Below are positions 50,101 to 63,200 of a stretch of DNA of 64,000 nucleotides, piece after piece. The position numbers and the translations under genes were made by a program. This DNA comes from Raillietiella orientalis. Taxonomy: Eukaryota. The notes under the pieces were generated by a model that searched no databases, was not told where the DNA came from, and saw only the letters and a program-made list of their open reading frames with translations. The stretch is taken from positions 1,488,001-1,552,000 of the forward strand of contig JAYWIR010000038.1 in the NCBI GenBank assembly GCA_036172245.1, read 5' to 3'. How positions within the stretch are numbered: the first letter of the stretch is position 1; the number at the start of each line of letters is the position of its first letter.

Positions 50101-53100
50101 TACCTGGTGAAGGGGTCATGATAATTGCGGAACAAGGGAGAAATCCAGGCATGCGACTTAAAAAGTGCTGGTGAAAAACTTGGGACTTATTCTGTTTCGT
50201 AATTTTGCGCGAAGTGACTGCATATCGATTGCGAAGGGAATTTCGACGAAAGTCACCGTCGACCCAGCAGCCTTCAGCACTCTTCAGCGTTGTGCAGGCG
50301 CGGCGGTTTCCTTCGTCTGGCAGGTCAAGCCAATAACGGTCGTCCCGCGAACTGGCCTCACGGGACATGCAGAATTCCGCTAACTTCTTCGGAAGCAGAG
50401 GGAAGGAAAAATCAGGAAAAAAAGAGCAGATCCCGCCAGGATGAAAGGAGTTGAGGAGGGAATGGGTTTTCCTCGGCCAACTAATTCCCAAAGTTTGGGG
50501 AATGGGAAACGCTGGCTTGGATCCCATCCCGTTCATGGATCGAAGGGAATTCCACGGTTCGTTGGCGCAACTGATTCAAGAGGAGGGGACATACGTCATT
50601 TTCCGTACGGAACTTTTCATAAGTGCGTGGTCATCAAATCTTATGGACAACGAGGGATAGAGGCGAGTAGTGCAGCTCTATTTCCATTGGCGGCTGAGTT
50701 ATCTTCCTACGGTTAGGAAGTGAAAGCGCGATGGCTCTCGAGAGAAGCTGACTTTACAAGACCATCCGACCAACGAGAAGCGAGGTCGTCTCTGAATGAA
50801 AGGGAAGTCACCGTTTCCTTCTCGAGGAAGCTGGCGGAATGATCACACTGGGTTCACCCAGTGTTCTGGGTTCACGGAAGACCCCTTCCCCTCTTCCAAG
50901 TTATGAAGATTCTATTTGATTTTTTTTTTTATCTTTCTCTGTCCTTCTCCTCCCCACTTCCATCGAATTAGACCTTGAGTTACAGTGGGACAAGGAATTC
51001 CACTTGGGACGATTTTTCTTTTGCTTGCATCTTTTGCTCTGAATCGCGATGGGCGCTCCGTGGTCTGCCAGATCTGAAGGCACAAAGAGGGGAAACTTAC
51101 CGATTTCAGAAGACACTTGACAACCACATGGTTCCTGAAGCTGCCACAACAAAGCGTGTGGCTGAACCCGCATGGGATACTTTCCGAAGGTCCCACTTCC
51201 TGTGAGGCGCCAAGGAAGTGCTGGAAACCTCCTAATGCTGACTCCAGGAAAAAAAAACTCCCGTTTTTGAAGAGAACTGGCTTTTAGAGAGAAAAGAAAC
51301 AGGATCTCTTCACTTGATGGGGCCCAGATGGCTGTCGATCTAGTTAAGCAGTGCGACAACCAACGCAGCCTTCCCGAAGGTTTGCGGGGTGGAGAAGAGC
51401 CGCAGGGAACGAAGGCAGCTATCTTTCTCTGACACTTCTTGTCAAGAGGGAGGGCGCAAGATTTGTAGGCTCCCCGCCCTAGAACCGTTTTCTCTCGGCT
51501 GCAGATCAGAAGTGGAGACCAACAGAAGATGAAAGGAAGAAGGGAAACCGAAGGAATGAAGAGCAACCGAAGTTTGAAAGAAAAGCACAGATGGAAATCA
51601 GCGCTCCATCTCCCCGAAAGTAGCTGCTACAGAGACTGTCCAGCCACGAATCCCCATCCTTCAAACCTTGAACTCTTTGCGAAGATACCTGCCTACCGCG
51701 TGCTGCTCTTGTCAAAAGATCTTCGGCTCTCCTGGTTCCTTTCCTATATTTCGTTCTTCTTCTCGGATCAAGCGGCGGACATCCAGGTGAGCGCACCTGG
51801 ATGGACGCGGTCTCGTGTTTCGTCGGCGCTTTGCTCCTCTAAGGGGCGGTCCTTATCTGGGACTCGCGAAGACGCGTCCCACCTCTCTCTCGATGAGCCC
51901 AGAGCAAATCTGATCTAATCTATCAGCGGCAATCAGAGAACTTGTGCTTAATCCTTGAATCCTTCGCGAGAGTCCATCTTTTTCTCTGAAGCGCTGGAGG
52001 TAATCAGCCTTCCCTTCCGCAATCCTTACGTCGTGGAGGAAGCGACCGCACTCATTTGCTGACACAGTGTCTCCGGAGAGGCCGTCTTCCTTGCCGGCAG
52101 CAGAAGCTGGCATCCGATGACCACAGCATTCCCCTCGGTAATCCTGCCTAGTGGATTTTCGGGAGACACAAGATGCTCACGATCTATACGGATCGCCCCC
52201 TGCAGGTCCGCCTTTCAGCAAAGCCCCAGTCTCTAGGAAGCTCGACCTTGGACGGAGAACTCCAGACTGCGGACGTGCCTCCAGGATCCCACGTGCTCTT
52301 TTATCGAGCTCCGCTTCCCCACTCAGTTTTCTTCCCAGAGAGCTCCGTGAGAGCGTGTCGGCTCTCAGGAGTCCGAGGACAAGGGACGCAGGAGGGGTTA
52401 AGCAGGCGTAGAAGGGAGGAGGTTCCCCGTTCGCTTTTCGATCAGGAACTCCGGACCCTATTGCTCGAGAATCGCAAGGGACTTTTTTTGTCACTACACC
52501 CGAACGAATTGCAAGGTCAAGGGAATCTTTCTTTCCCACGGGGAGGTGGGAACCAGTCAAGAAGGAAATAAGGAGGATGCCGGATCTAAATCTTCACTTC
52601 CTATTCCACCAGCTGGATTTCTCTCTCAGCCGGCGAATTTCTGTGCCCCTCGACCCAGAGACTCCAATGCTTCACCCCGTGGCGTGTCCACCTGGGTCTC
52701 CGACTGCTTCCTTCCTCTTCCTTCCCAAAGGTCCCCTCCTGCCTTGTTCAGTTTTCTGATCGGCAGCAGCCGTCGTGCCTTTTGGCACGACGACACAACT
52801 CCAGAAGAGACTGCTATCCTAGACTTCCTCCCCACTTTCTTTTCCTCTTTTCTTCCTGAGGCATGGAGGCTCCTCTGTTCGTCCTTCCTCTCGTTCCGTT
52901 TTTTTGGTTCTCAAGAAGTCCCTAGGAACCGTCTGCCTCCTTAGAAGGTAAACATCGGAGAGTCCCGACGTCGAACGGAGTGCGCATGCTCTCTGGTATT
53001 CGGCCTTGAAGAGCAAGAAGAACATCATGAGCATCTCCATCTCCACCCTGGTCGATCGTGCCTTAAGGATGCCGACAGAAATGACTGAGTGTCTGCGAAG

Positions 53101-55189
53101 AAGGAGGTGGAGTCTCTGAGGGTAAAGAAATCAAGAGCGAGAAGTGCAGGTGCCGCCTTCCTCACACGACTGGCCTTCGACCGGAGTAGCCGAGGATCCA
53201 GCAGACTCTGAATCCGACCCAGAGAGTCCAATGAAACCGAACCCAACACCGCCTCAATATCTTCCCTAAACACCGGTTAGGAGACCCCTTGAGCGGCCGA
53301 GTGCAGAAGCCAAAGTCCTTTCAGAAGCGCGCGTTCAATTTTCCTGGAAGGATGAAATTCCCGTGAGGAGTCTCTGCTTGCATTTCTCCGACGTTTTCTG
53401 AACAAGGATTTCAGGGAGACGGAGGCTTCCTTTGCGAAGACCTCTGTCGGAATCTGGTCACGGTTGCAGAGAGACCACGGTCCGCGGAGAGATTTCCTGC
53501 GACGGAAGCGCAACGAAGTCAACGTTGGAGCGACCGCTGCAACGGGAGGAAACGTGCTTGTTGCATGAGACGGCAAAGCCATCTCTTCAGAAGGCTGAGA
53601 CCACCCGAGGCTTTCTAGAGGCGCTCGCAGCTGGGATGGAACAATACCTCCACCTAAGGTCTCTGCCTTCTAGGAGGGCGTGCACTGTTTGGGAATTTGG
53701 CGACCACGGCAAGCATGGGTGACGTGTTTGCTCAAAACCTATCAGTGAGTTCGCTTTTGCCTATTCTGTTTCGAAAAAACAGTCCGGTGGTTAACGGACT
53801 GCAATGCTTGATACCTACTCAGAAGCAATGCTCAGACTGACGTCCTTCGACATAGTGGCGAAATCCTCCGGTTCCAAGAGAGTGGTCACGGATTGGTTAG
53901 CCCAGAGGCGAGTCTTCCTAGAAGAATCCAGCGAGGAACGCCCTCTAAACGCCCATACCAAAAAGGCTGGGTCACACTATACTCATCGCCTTCTTTCTCA
54001 ATGCAGTTGTAATGGGGAGGTCGTTTGGGTGAGATAAGAACGGCTCTAACACAGCGGCAACCAGCAAGGAGGAGATAGCCGCAAGAGAGATAGCCGGCAT
54101 GTGTTGTGGGAACATCCAAGCAGGTGCAGATACTACGGTACTACGGTGTGCAGGCCGAGACAAGGCCTTTACAGGAAAAGGAGACAGGTCCGGTATCCGC
54201 GGAATGATCCTTGGGAACGCAAATAATGGAAGTCGAAAGAGATTGTCCATCTAACTACTCTCTCTGTTTGCTGCAGCCCTTCGAAAACACAAAAATGAAA
54301 CTCACAAGAGATCGCAGGACGAGCAAACGTGAACTAGGTTGCGCCCCAAAGAAACTTGAGAGGACGAAATTTCATTCAGGGAGAGGATTTCGGGATAAAT
54401 CAACCGATAATCCCACGAACCAAAGTCCTCAACGTTGTCCAGGTATGATCATCGCAATGAGACCGGCGGCAATCGAAGAGAGTGCTGCATCAAACCATGA
54501 AGAAGATACGGGACGGATCCGAAGGTCTTCTGACGAAGCTGATCACACGATACCCAGGTCCATCTGCAGGGATTACGAAGAATCACTGCAGCCGAGTTCT
54601 GGCTGAGGCGAACCAAACGGGGGGCCGATTCATTCGGACCGGGTCCACAGCAGGTGAACATCGCAGCGACCTATGCGTGACCCACGCGATGCTTTCAGAT
54701 CAAAACTCCATACGGGAGAAATAAAAAAAAGGCGGAAAGAATGGGTGCCATGCTTTCCCTACGAAGTCTAGAATGGAATTCTTCTCGGGAGACGAGTGAG
54801 GGAAAGGTGGCTTCCAACTCGCTCCCGGGCCTCCAGGACTACGGGCCTTGGAGATCCCATGGAATTTTCACAGCCCGCTTCACGATCCGGCCTGCAGCCA
54901 ACGTTGCCAGGAAGAAAGCTCCAGGAGCGCTGCTGTCATCCCTCGCACGGTGAACAAATTCCTCGCGTGTTCTTGGAGACATACGCAGATCTCCTAAACG
55001 AGGATGAATCCCGATCCACCTCCACAGAAGACAAAGTTCCCAGAATTGCAAAATCCTGCAATTCCTGGATGGAAAGTCCACTCGCAAAGAAACCCAAAAA
55101 TAAGATAAAGCCAAGAATCGCAATGCTGCACTTCTAAGGTATTCAGCCTCTTGGATCTAAGTTGGCTGAGGCACTGTCACCACAAGAAC

Positions 55190-55670
55190 GGGAAAGATCT
55201 CAATAAGATCGAAAAATAAGTACATGTGTTTATTACATGCATTAGTACATATGTTTGTATGTGAATTGATATGTAGAATATTATACATTAGGAAGATTAT
55301 AAAAAATAAATATACATGCCTATTATGAATGTTGATATACATATTTATATATAGATAAATGTATCAATTTATTTTAACATACATATTTATTAATGATCAA
55401 TACTACATTATATCAATATATACATTAAAACTGCAAAAAATTAATTTACATCTTTGTTGAAACGATATTGCTTTTATTAATATGTATGTAAATAAGCATT
55501 AACAAATTTGCATGTCAATCTATATATGTATATCAACATACATAGTAGGCATGTATATTTATTTTTTTATAATATTTCTAATGTATAATATTCTGCATAT
55601 CAATTTACATAAAAATATTCGTACCAACGTATATAATAAACGCGTGTATTATTTTTTGTGACCTTTCGGG
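55190..55670. repeat. AT-rich foldback / MITE-like inverted repeat
   Basis: Arms of about 145 bp (55212-55356 and 55518-55657) are imperfect reverse complements, e.g. AAATAAATATACATGCCTA vs TAGGCATGTATATTTATTT. Confidence 0.85.
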
Positions 55671-55789
55671 ATTTTGAACCCAGCCCTCCTTGCACTCCTC
55701 CCTTGTTTACTTTATCCACTAGAACTTTTTTTCTACCTCTATTCTAAAGACAGTCAAGGGAAGAAGATAGCTTCGATAACATGGAATAC

Positions 55790-56660
55790 CCAGCGAGAGT
55801 CAGCAAGGCTTTCTCTAATGAAGGAGCATCCGGATCAGGGGAAAGCCATGCGGAGCGTTGGACTCCATCAAACCTCCAGCTATTTTCTCACCCATGGTGA
55901 CCACTTGCGTTTATGAAGACTACCGCTTCATCCACGCAACCAGGCTGAACCTGCTGCCCATTCAGGTGTGCAAAGGAGGGCTCAAGAAGGTAGGCGTTGT
56001 CGAAGATGTGCTGCATGGGATGGAACGCTGCCTCGCATTTTAAATCACCGCATGAGGCATTCATCCCATTATCAAGGCCGGCACAACGCTACTGGGGAGA
56101 GAGTAAAGCAAGCCATCACCTCGACAACCGGATGGAGGGTTATATCTGCTAACCAACGAGTCCCAGGAGTAAATTCCCCACTTAGACCAGACCTAGTGTT
56201 CCAGCAAGAAAACAGAATGGCGGTGTTGGATGCTGCATGCCCATTGGACAATGGAGAAGATGCACTCAACACCGCCAGAAAAGAGAAGGAACAGAAATAT
56301 CGACAATCCTTAACACAAAAAGGAATGAGAGCGAACGTCTCTTATTATTGGAGCACTTGATTCATGGGATCTCCAAAATGATGGAGTAATAAGGCAGTTT
56401 GCCGTCCCCCGAAGATATGCAGATAAGATGAGGAAGTTAATGATATACTCTGTCATTCGATGTAGCCGGGATGCCTACTGCACGCACCGGTTGGGTCATT
56501 ACCCCAACGACGCAATCCATGGGAACATCTGGAAATCGAAGCAGAGCAGATGACCATAGTTTCATTCACATCCAGATCATTGATGATTTTACAAGGAAAA
56601 ATGGGCAGATTGTGTAGAGCCACATTGGCTAATTTCTAAAACAATTTGTAATCTTCTTGT
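55790..56660 (+). mobile_element. 3' fragment of an RLE-type non-LTR retrotransposon (Utopia/NeSL-like)
   Basis: PDQGKA...YRFIHATRLNLLP, RCRRC...TLPRILNH, RHNA, LRPDLV...D..CPLDNG...ARKEKEQKY, GALDSWD, RKLM...IRCSRDAY: CCHC plus PD-(D/E)xK endonuclease; frameshifted. Confidence 0.88.
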
Positions 56661-56734
56661 AATCCTCAGAGAGAGATCGAATAGCCATCGGTCCGGATTG
56701 GCGGGAATCGTGTTGGCTTCTGGTGTCGCTGCTC

Positions 56735-57518
56735 CTTTCCAGCTTTGCTTTTGGTTCGCCAAGCGCTGAAGGACCGTTCGCCTCCTTATGGAGAAGCTCT
56801 CAAAGCTCTTGAAGAACCGTCTTCGCCACCAGAGGGTGCGTGTTGCAAACTCTTCGAGTCACAGGGGGTACCTCGGGAGGGACCACCTCATGCACCCAGG
56901 AAGGCTCCGGTGGAAGGAGTCCGTTCCTCGCGCGCTTGACAGGGAACCCTCTCCCTCTCTGTGTCCGAAGGAAACCGCTTCCTTGTTCTCTCCGGAGAGA
57001 TCCCCTGAGTGGGGTACTTCTCGTTTCTTCTCCGGAAGTAGCCCGCAAGGGGATTGCTTCTTGCTTTTCCCTCTGAAGAGAATCACGGAGGGACTCGTCC
57101 ACAAATTTCTCTGAAGGGTCGCTCCTGAAGGGAGCAGCGCACTTGATGCTCTGGAGAGGCATCATCAATGCGTCAGCTCCTTGGCACGAGTTGGATGGCT
57201 CCTCCCCTTTCCCCGGAAGGGGAAAGGACGGTTCCCTTCGCGACTGGAAAGGGAATCCTAAAGGGAACCGGCTCCTCGATTCCTGAAGGGAGCACTTCCC
57301 ATCCCGGTCAGTCAACGGGAACATCCATTTCCGGTTTGAGCTGCACCGCCGGTGCCGCACTCGAATAGGCCAACCAGCGTCATTTTGCGGAGGGAGACTC
57401 GAAACCCACGAGACACCTGCCATTTCTCAACGTCGATCGTTCTCCGGGCGGGATTCGATCCCGTGACGTCTGGCTCCACGGGCTGCAGTCGTAGCCACAC
57501 GGCCGCCTCAACGCGAGC
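56735..57518 (-). mobile_element. tRNA-headed SINE-like element, copy 4
   Basis: Minus strand GCTCGCGTTGAGGCGGCCGTGTGGCTACG...GGGATCGAATCCCG; same body and 3' CAGCGCTTGGCGAACCAAA as copy 3. Confidence 0.85.
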
Positions 57519-58782
57519 CAGATGGTCTTGGACCAGAAGGCCATCGAGTTGTAGCAGTGGCAGGAGGAGCAAGTAGTGAGTTTGGGCCTGTCTTGAGTTG
57601 GATTTCATTGTCCACTCCGATACTCGTAGGAATGATCGAGTGGGCGGAACCCGAATGCAAGGGCAACCATTCGGCTTAGGGACTTTTCGGACAAACTCTC
57701 CGAACGCTACCAGGAAGGAAGATTCGATGCCCGCTGTTCTGCACCCTTCCCCCCCTTTTTTTCCAGAAGGAACCGTGGAGCGACAGTCTCCCTCCTCAGC
57801 CCATCGGATTCCATTCTCCTTCCCTTTCTTGCAGAGGGAAAGGAAAGAGCATTCGGAAGAAAGGAACTAGGGGAAGCGCAACCAGGAAGCCTCTGCTGAC
57901 CTACCGCGGCTCTCGGAAGCCGTGTAAAGCACTCAGGAGCCTCGAGCAATGTCACGAAGGTATTGGCATAAACAATGTTACCGCAGCAGGAGAGCGCTTC
58001 TTTAGAGGAGACGGGCCAGCCGAGACTCCTGAAACGGTGAAGCGTGACGTTCATGACGTGACGTTACGTCAAGGAAATCGGCGCTTTGCGGCGCGCTGCA
58101 GTAGCATGAGGCATGCCGAGGAAGCGGCTGCAGCTTTGACGGCTGCATTCTTTCGTGAAGAGCTGCCATGCATTGTCATTTTCTTCTTCCTGCTTTTCAC
58201 TACCCCTTCCCTGAGCTTCTTCCCCCCTTCCCTCTTTTTTGGCTTTGTTCTTTTGCTGTATTGGGAAGTTTTGTCGCAGCATCCAAACACTGCAGGTCTT
58301 CACCTGAGGATCCATCGGGACTGAATCCATCCCTAAACTCTGTCCAAGAAGGACTTCTCCCTAAGGAGGAAATGCCCTCTCAGCCGCGTAGGAGTGCGCG
58401 CGAGCATCTCTGGTGACATCCAGACTCCTGTGGAAAACTTCCAGAGATAGTAAGCGCGCGCTTGTTTCGGATGGAAGGAAGGAAGAGGGAGAAGAGGGCG
58501 GATTTCCATTTCCAGGTCCTTCAGGATGCAGGAATTCCTTCCCTTCCTCCCTGGCTAGTTTGGATAGTTCAGAAGGAGATCGCCCGCTCTGAGGGGGGAT
58601 CCGTCTTTGGCTTTGCCTCAAACACATACTCAGCCTCCAAGAGCTAGCGGAAGAAGAAAGGCGCAGCGGAGAGCTCGTTCCCCCAAGGCAGTGGGCTGCG
58701 CGGCATCCCATGCCACTCCTATTTTCCCTATATTCTCCCTCCATGATGAAGATCCCTCTTCTGCCACAGAATGGCAGAAGAG

Positions 58783-59128
58783 GGAAGATGGGGGCGGAGA
58801 GAGATCGGTGCGGAGTTCTCTCCCGAAACAAAGGAGACCTCCGCTGATGACAGTGTGCCCTGGAAAGCCAGACCTTGGGTTTCCGAAGGAAAGAGGTCGG
58901 GAGTCAATACGGAGGAGGTCCTCAACTTCGAAATTTGCTACTTCAAGAATCCTTGTGCAGTGGAGGGGTCTCCTCTCAGTGAGGTTCTGCAAAGGACCTA
59001 CGCGTCGCAGTGAGAAACAAAATGTCGTCTGGACGTCGGTGAGGAGAGAGGATGAATAGCGCCAAAGAAATTGGGAAGGGTGGGGAAGATGAAGAGCGAG
59101 GGAGGAAGGAAGATGAGGGTGGAGAGAG
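58783..59128 (+). repeat. ~325-bp unit, copy A, with terminal redundancy (retrozyme-like)
   Basis: GGAAGATG...GGAGAGAG at 58783 and again at 59108; aligns in permuted order with the reverse complement of 59916-60295. Confidence 0.75.
58838..58889 (+). ncRNA. Degenerate type I hammerhead ribozyme-like motif
   Basis: CCTCCG-CTGATGA-CAG(TGTGCC)CTG-GAAA-GCCAGACCTTGGGT-TTC-CGAAGG. Stem II is 3 bp; stem I is 5/6 here and copy B has the fully complementary CGGAGG; stem III is imperfect. Confidence 0.5.
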
Positions 59129-59915
59129 GAAGTGTTTTCCCCATATTCCTCCTTCGCAGCGGCAGAGTGGAGTCTTCGCGGCTGCTGCTAAGCTCACCCT
59201 TGTCTCAAATTCTTTGACTCTTTTTTCCTCAGAGGTCCGCCACGCACTCTTCTTAGCGAGCCTCGCACGCTCAGTAATTCTTCATTCTCTACTCTTCACC
59301 TTTAGACACCTTTAGTTGGAGCGTTCGCGCGTGCTCCAGGCTGCCTTTGCGAGACGCCGACTCCGGGTCATGCGGGGGCGTCCTATTCGTGGAGCACGCC
59401 GCCGGTGAAAGGCTTATCGGATCTAAAGAAATCTCCTCGGAGACCGTCCTTCGAGCAGCACTAGAGGATCCACGCCTCGACAGCTCCGGTTGCAACACAC
59501 TTTTTTTTTTTTCCCCTCCTCTTACTCTGGGGAGGTCCAGTCAAGGACTACGGCCGCGGAAAGATCAATCGCCGGATCTCCTTGGAGTGTTTCGAAGTCT
59601 AATCCCACGCCACGCAGTGAAGGCATCCGTCCAGGGGTCGGACACGCCCGGGCTGCAAACAGGTCCTGGGCGGATCCTTTCAGCGCTATCTTCGCAGCTC
59701 TCCCCGAACCTCACTCTGTGCCCTCGAAGGCAGATTCCATTATCTCCCGAGCTCGCTTCGCAGGAAGACCGCCAAAGACTTCTTCCCTTGCTGTTGTTGC
59801 TATTACCCCTCAGGCCTGGAACGTTCGACTGGGGACCGGAAACAGCTCTTCCATAGTTTCTTCTGAGGAAAAGGCAATTTCGCTGTCTTGGACAGAGACC
59901 GGACGCTTCCACTCT

Positions 59916-60295
59916 CGGAGGTCCGGCTTCTCATAGCACGCTGATCATCATAGGAGTGTTCTTTGTTTTGAGAGAGGAGAACTCCGCACCGATCTCTCTC
60001 TCCACTCCCATCTTCCTCCCTCCGCCCTTCTTTGTCTTCTCCACTCTTCTTGATCCCTTTGGCTCGATTCATGCATCCTCCTCACAGACGTCCAGGTGAC
60101 ATCTCGCTGCTCACTACAAGCTCAGGTCCTTTACAGACCCTCACTAAGGGGGAGGGGACCCTTCCACAGCACCGGGGATTCTTGAAGAAGATGGTGACCT
60201 CCCCCTTCTTGATTCTCGACCTCCTCCCTCCGGAAACCGAAGGATTATCTAGGCGAAGGTTCTGATTCTTTCATAGTATTGATCATCAGGATCAC
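59916..60295 (-). repeat. ~325-bp unit, copy B (inverted), with hammerhead-like cores at both ends
   Basis: Minus strand begins CCTGATGATCAATACTATGAAA and ends CCTATGATGATCAGCGTGCTATGAGAAGCCGGACCTCCG; interior aligns with copy A. Confidence 0.75.
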
Positions 60296-63200
60296 GAGTT
60301 TCCTTCCCTTCTCTCCATCACTTTGCCCTTTATTTTCCGTGAAACGGGCAGAATCCTTCTTCCTGCTCTTCCAAGATCTGCACGCCTGCTACTGCGACGC
60401 CCCTTTATCTGCTCGTTCCAGCCCTCGGAAGTAGAAATCACCAACTCGAGGAAGAGATTCTCGAGGCGAAACGCAAGCCAAGAAAGGGGATTTTTATCCC
60501 ATATGTTTCCTGCCTGGAAGATCTTGCAAGTCCCAGAGCAATCTGAGGAAATCCCATCTCTCCCCTGAAGGAAGAGTGCGACCACGGGAACCAGTGGTCG
60601 CACTCTTTCACAGGATTCAAACGTACTCAAAGAAGAACCGAGCTGAGGTCTCCATTCAAAAGTCGGCCGCCACGGATGGATCAGGGAAAAGAACGCTGGA
60701 AGCGGGAATGAGTTTCTGCAGGATCTGGTCCATGGAAGAGGAAGATCATCCAAAACCACTGTCTGTCCTCGAGGGTGTTTCAGCTCAGCTTCTACGTGCA
60801 CCTTTCAAAAGGGTCCCATAAGACTGCCCATAAGGATCATGCTCTCCAGGAAGCGACACCAAAGGTTTTCCCGACCGTCCTCCTCCCTCTCCATTCCCGC
60901 TGCAGGTCTCCACCTCCTGTCTCCTATCGAGAGCGTTCTTGCCACGCCTCCTTGATCACGAAAGATTCCACGAGCCGAGAAGGAAGAGCCGTGGATCTCC
61001 GCACCTCAAGATGAAACTAAAGTCTGACGGTAGCGGCTCATTTGAGGACTCGGAATCCTCCCTCAGGCAACTGACCGTGCACCTCTGCGAAGCCCAGGGT
61101 CCCAGCCTTTTTCAAAAACAACCAGTCAGGTTCGCCAGCGGGCATGTGACAGCGGCACTGGATGTTCCGCGTCTTTGAAAAAACATCCGCTTAGAAGAGC
61201 GCCGAAGTTTTTTCGAATGGCCGGATCTGTGAGCGGAAAGCGGAGCAGAGTAAGCAACTCCTAGACCTCCCAGCCCCTGAGGGCGCTGATGAAGAGCCTT
61301 AAGCGTGACCTCGGAAGCAGACCACCGACAGGGAGTCATCGTAGTCGAGTTGAGGGACAGTCCTTCCCGAGAGAAGGTGAGAATCTCTGGCTTCCAGGGA
61401 GCTTTCCAGAACGGTCAGAAGAGAAAGCGAAATCTTTCGACCAGTCACGCCGGCGCGTTATTTTTTTTTAAAAAAAGTAAACAAACAAGTTGAAGAGAGG
61501 TCTCCTCTTTTCCTAAAAAAAACACATTTCAAGGGAAGGGTTCACCGACACACAGGTCGGTTACTGGGACAGCCCGGAGCGCGAGGGAAGGGAAAATAAA
61601 CGAATAAATAAAGGGAGTATGGTGACAGGGTGTTCTTTGGCAGCAGCCGTTCTTTTCTTACTCAGAAGCGAGTGAAAGATTTTGGAGATCTCCGATTCGA
61701 CTTCTTCTTGGAGTTGAGGCCACCTCGCAGCCGTCCTCATGCAGGCGGTTGTCTTCGCTGCGCCCGAGACTCCAGCACAGGGTGAACCTTGACGATGCGC
61801 GGACGTAACGCACATCGATGCCTGCGGGTAGTCCGCTCTGCGCGCCGAAGAATCGCCGCAGCGTTCACAGCAAAGACGGACGAGCAGGAATTCACGGAGG
61901 CAGATGGCCGCAGCGTACCATAGGCGGCGTCCTCTCGGCGCAGCGGCGCTCAAGTCGGTCCTCGCCGTCGTTAGTGGAGGGCAACGCAGTCCCAAAAGCA
62001 GTTGCGGGATCGATTCCGTCGGTCCGACCCTGAAGCATCTTGAGGATGCAGTTCTCCCGGAGACGAGGTGCCAGAGCTGATCGTACTGCAGTCCCCAGTT
62101 CAGAAACAGCAGCAACTCAAGGACGAAACACAGAAGTTTCCGGACTCAAAAGGAGGGGACCCTGAGTTCTTCGGGGGGCACACGAAGGAGTTTTCTCGGC
62201 CGAAGCAGTCCCTTCGCTTAGGAACGAGGAGCGGCTGTGACCACCATCTCTCTCGTCTTCCAGCCGTCAAAGAGTTTCGTGACTCCTGCAATAACTCAAG
62301 GGAAACTCCCACCCTGCCGGTAAGCTACTGTCGTTGTTTGCCCTTAGGGCAGGAGGAAGAGCAAGTGCGGCCGAACGAGTAAGACGCTCATCCTCTGCGC
62401 TTACAGCGAGGAGACAGCGACCTTGCACCCAACAGTTAGCACAGGTTGCCTCGCAGTCATGCAATACATTCCATAAGATGGCATCGTAGGCGTTCCCATG
62501 AGAACGGAATTTCGCAACCTGAATCTCTTCGATGCAATCTTCGAAAAACAAGGATGAAGAAGACCTAGAAAGCGATGACGGGGATTAAAGATCACTTTAG
62601 AGATGAGGACAAGTACAAGGAAAGAAGAAATCAAGAGTCTGATTTGAGGCCCCGGTGGAAGGATCTTTTGTCACTGAGGGTCACTCATGAAAGTCTCTTC
62701 GGGACCTTTTTAGCGATCAGATGCTGCCACTGTGCTACTTCTAGGAAAGCAGCGCAGTGACAGTATTTGATTGCTGGGTCACGGTACTCCACGCATGCCT
62801 CCGGAAGAGGAGCACCTGAGAAAACCGTCGCGTGATTCTGGGAACAGATTTTTCTGGGTTCAAAAGCACTTCGTCTCCAAGTGGGTTAGACACTGAAAGG
62901 AACTAAAGTGGTGTCTTGCGGAGAAGGCATGGAGAGTTCTCGAAAATGCAGCAACCAAACGCCAGCAGCCCGGAACCATCTTGAGCATCTCTAGCGCTGG
63001 TTCTCCGTTCTCCACCCACTTGGAAGCACCAGCTTGCATTCTCAGTATCTTTGGAAGATTTCTGGAAGTGCTTTGGTTTGTTGTCTTTTTTTTTCTTTCA
63101 AACTGACTGATGGGTGATTATCGCCGGTGTTATATTCGACTACTGCTCGCCTTGTCTGTTGATGTCTAAAACAGATTCCTTCAAGAAGGAAGATTCTGGA

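Noticed and set aside
60300..61450. LINE remnant suggested by ALHQRPQGLGGLGV on the minus strand
   Set aside because: Single weak motif with no supporting RT motifs.
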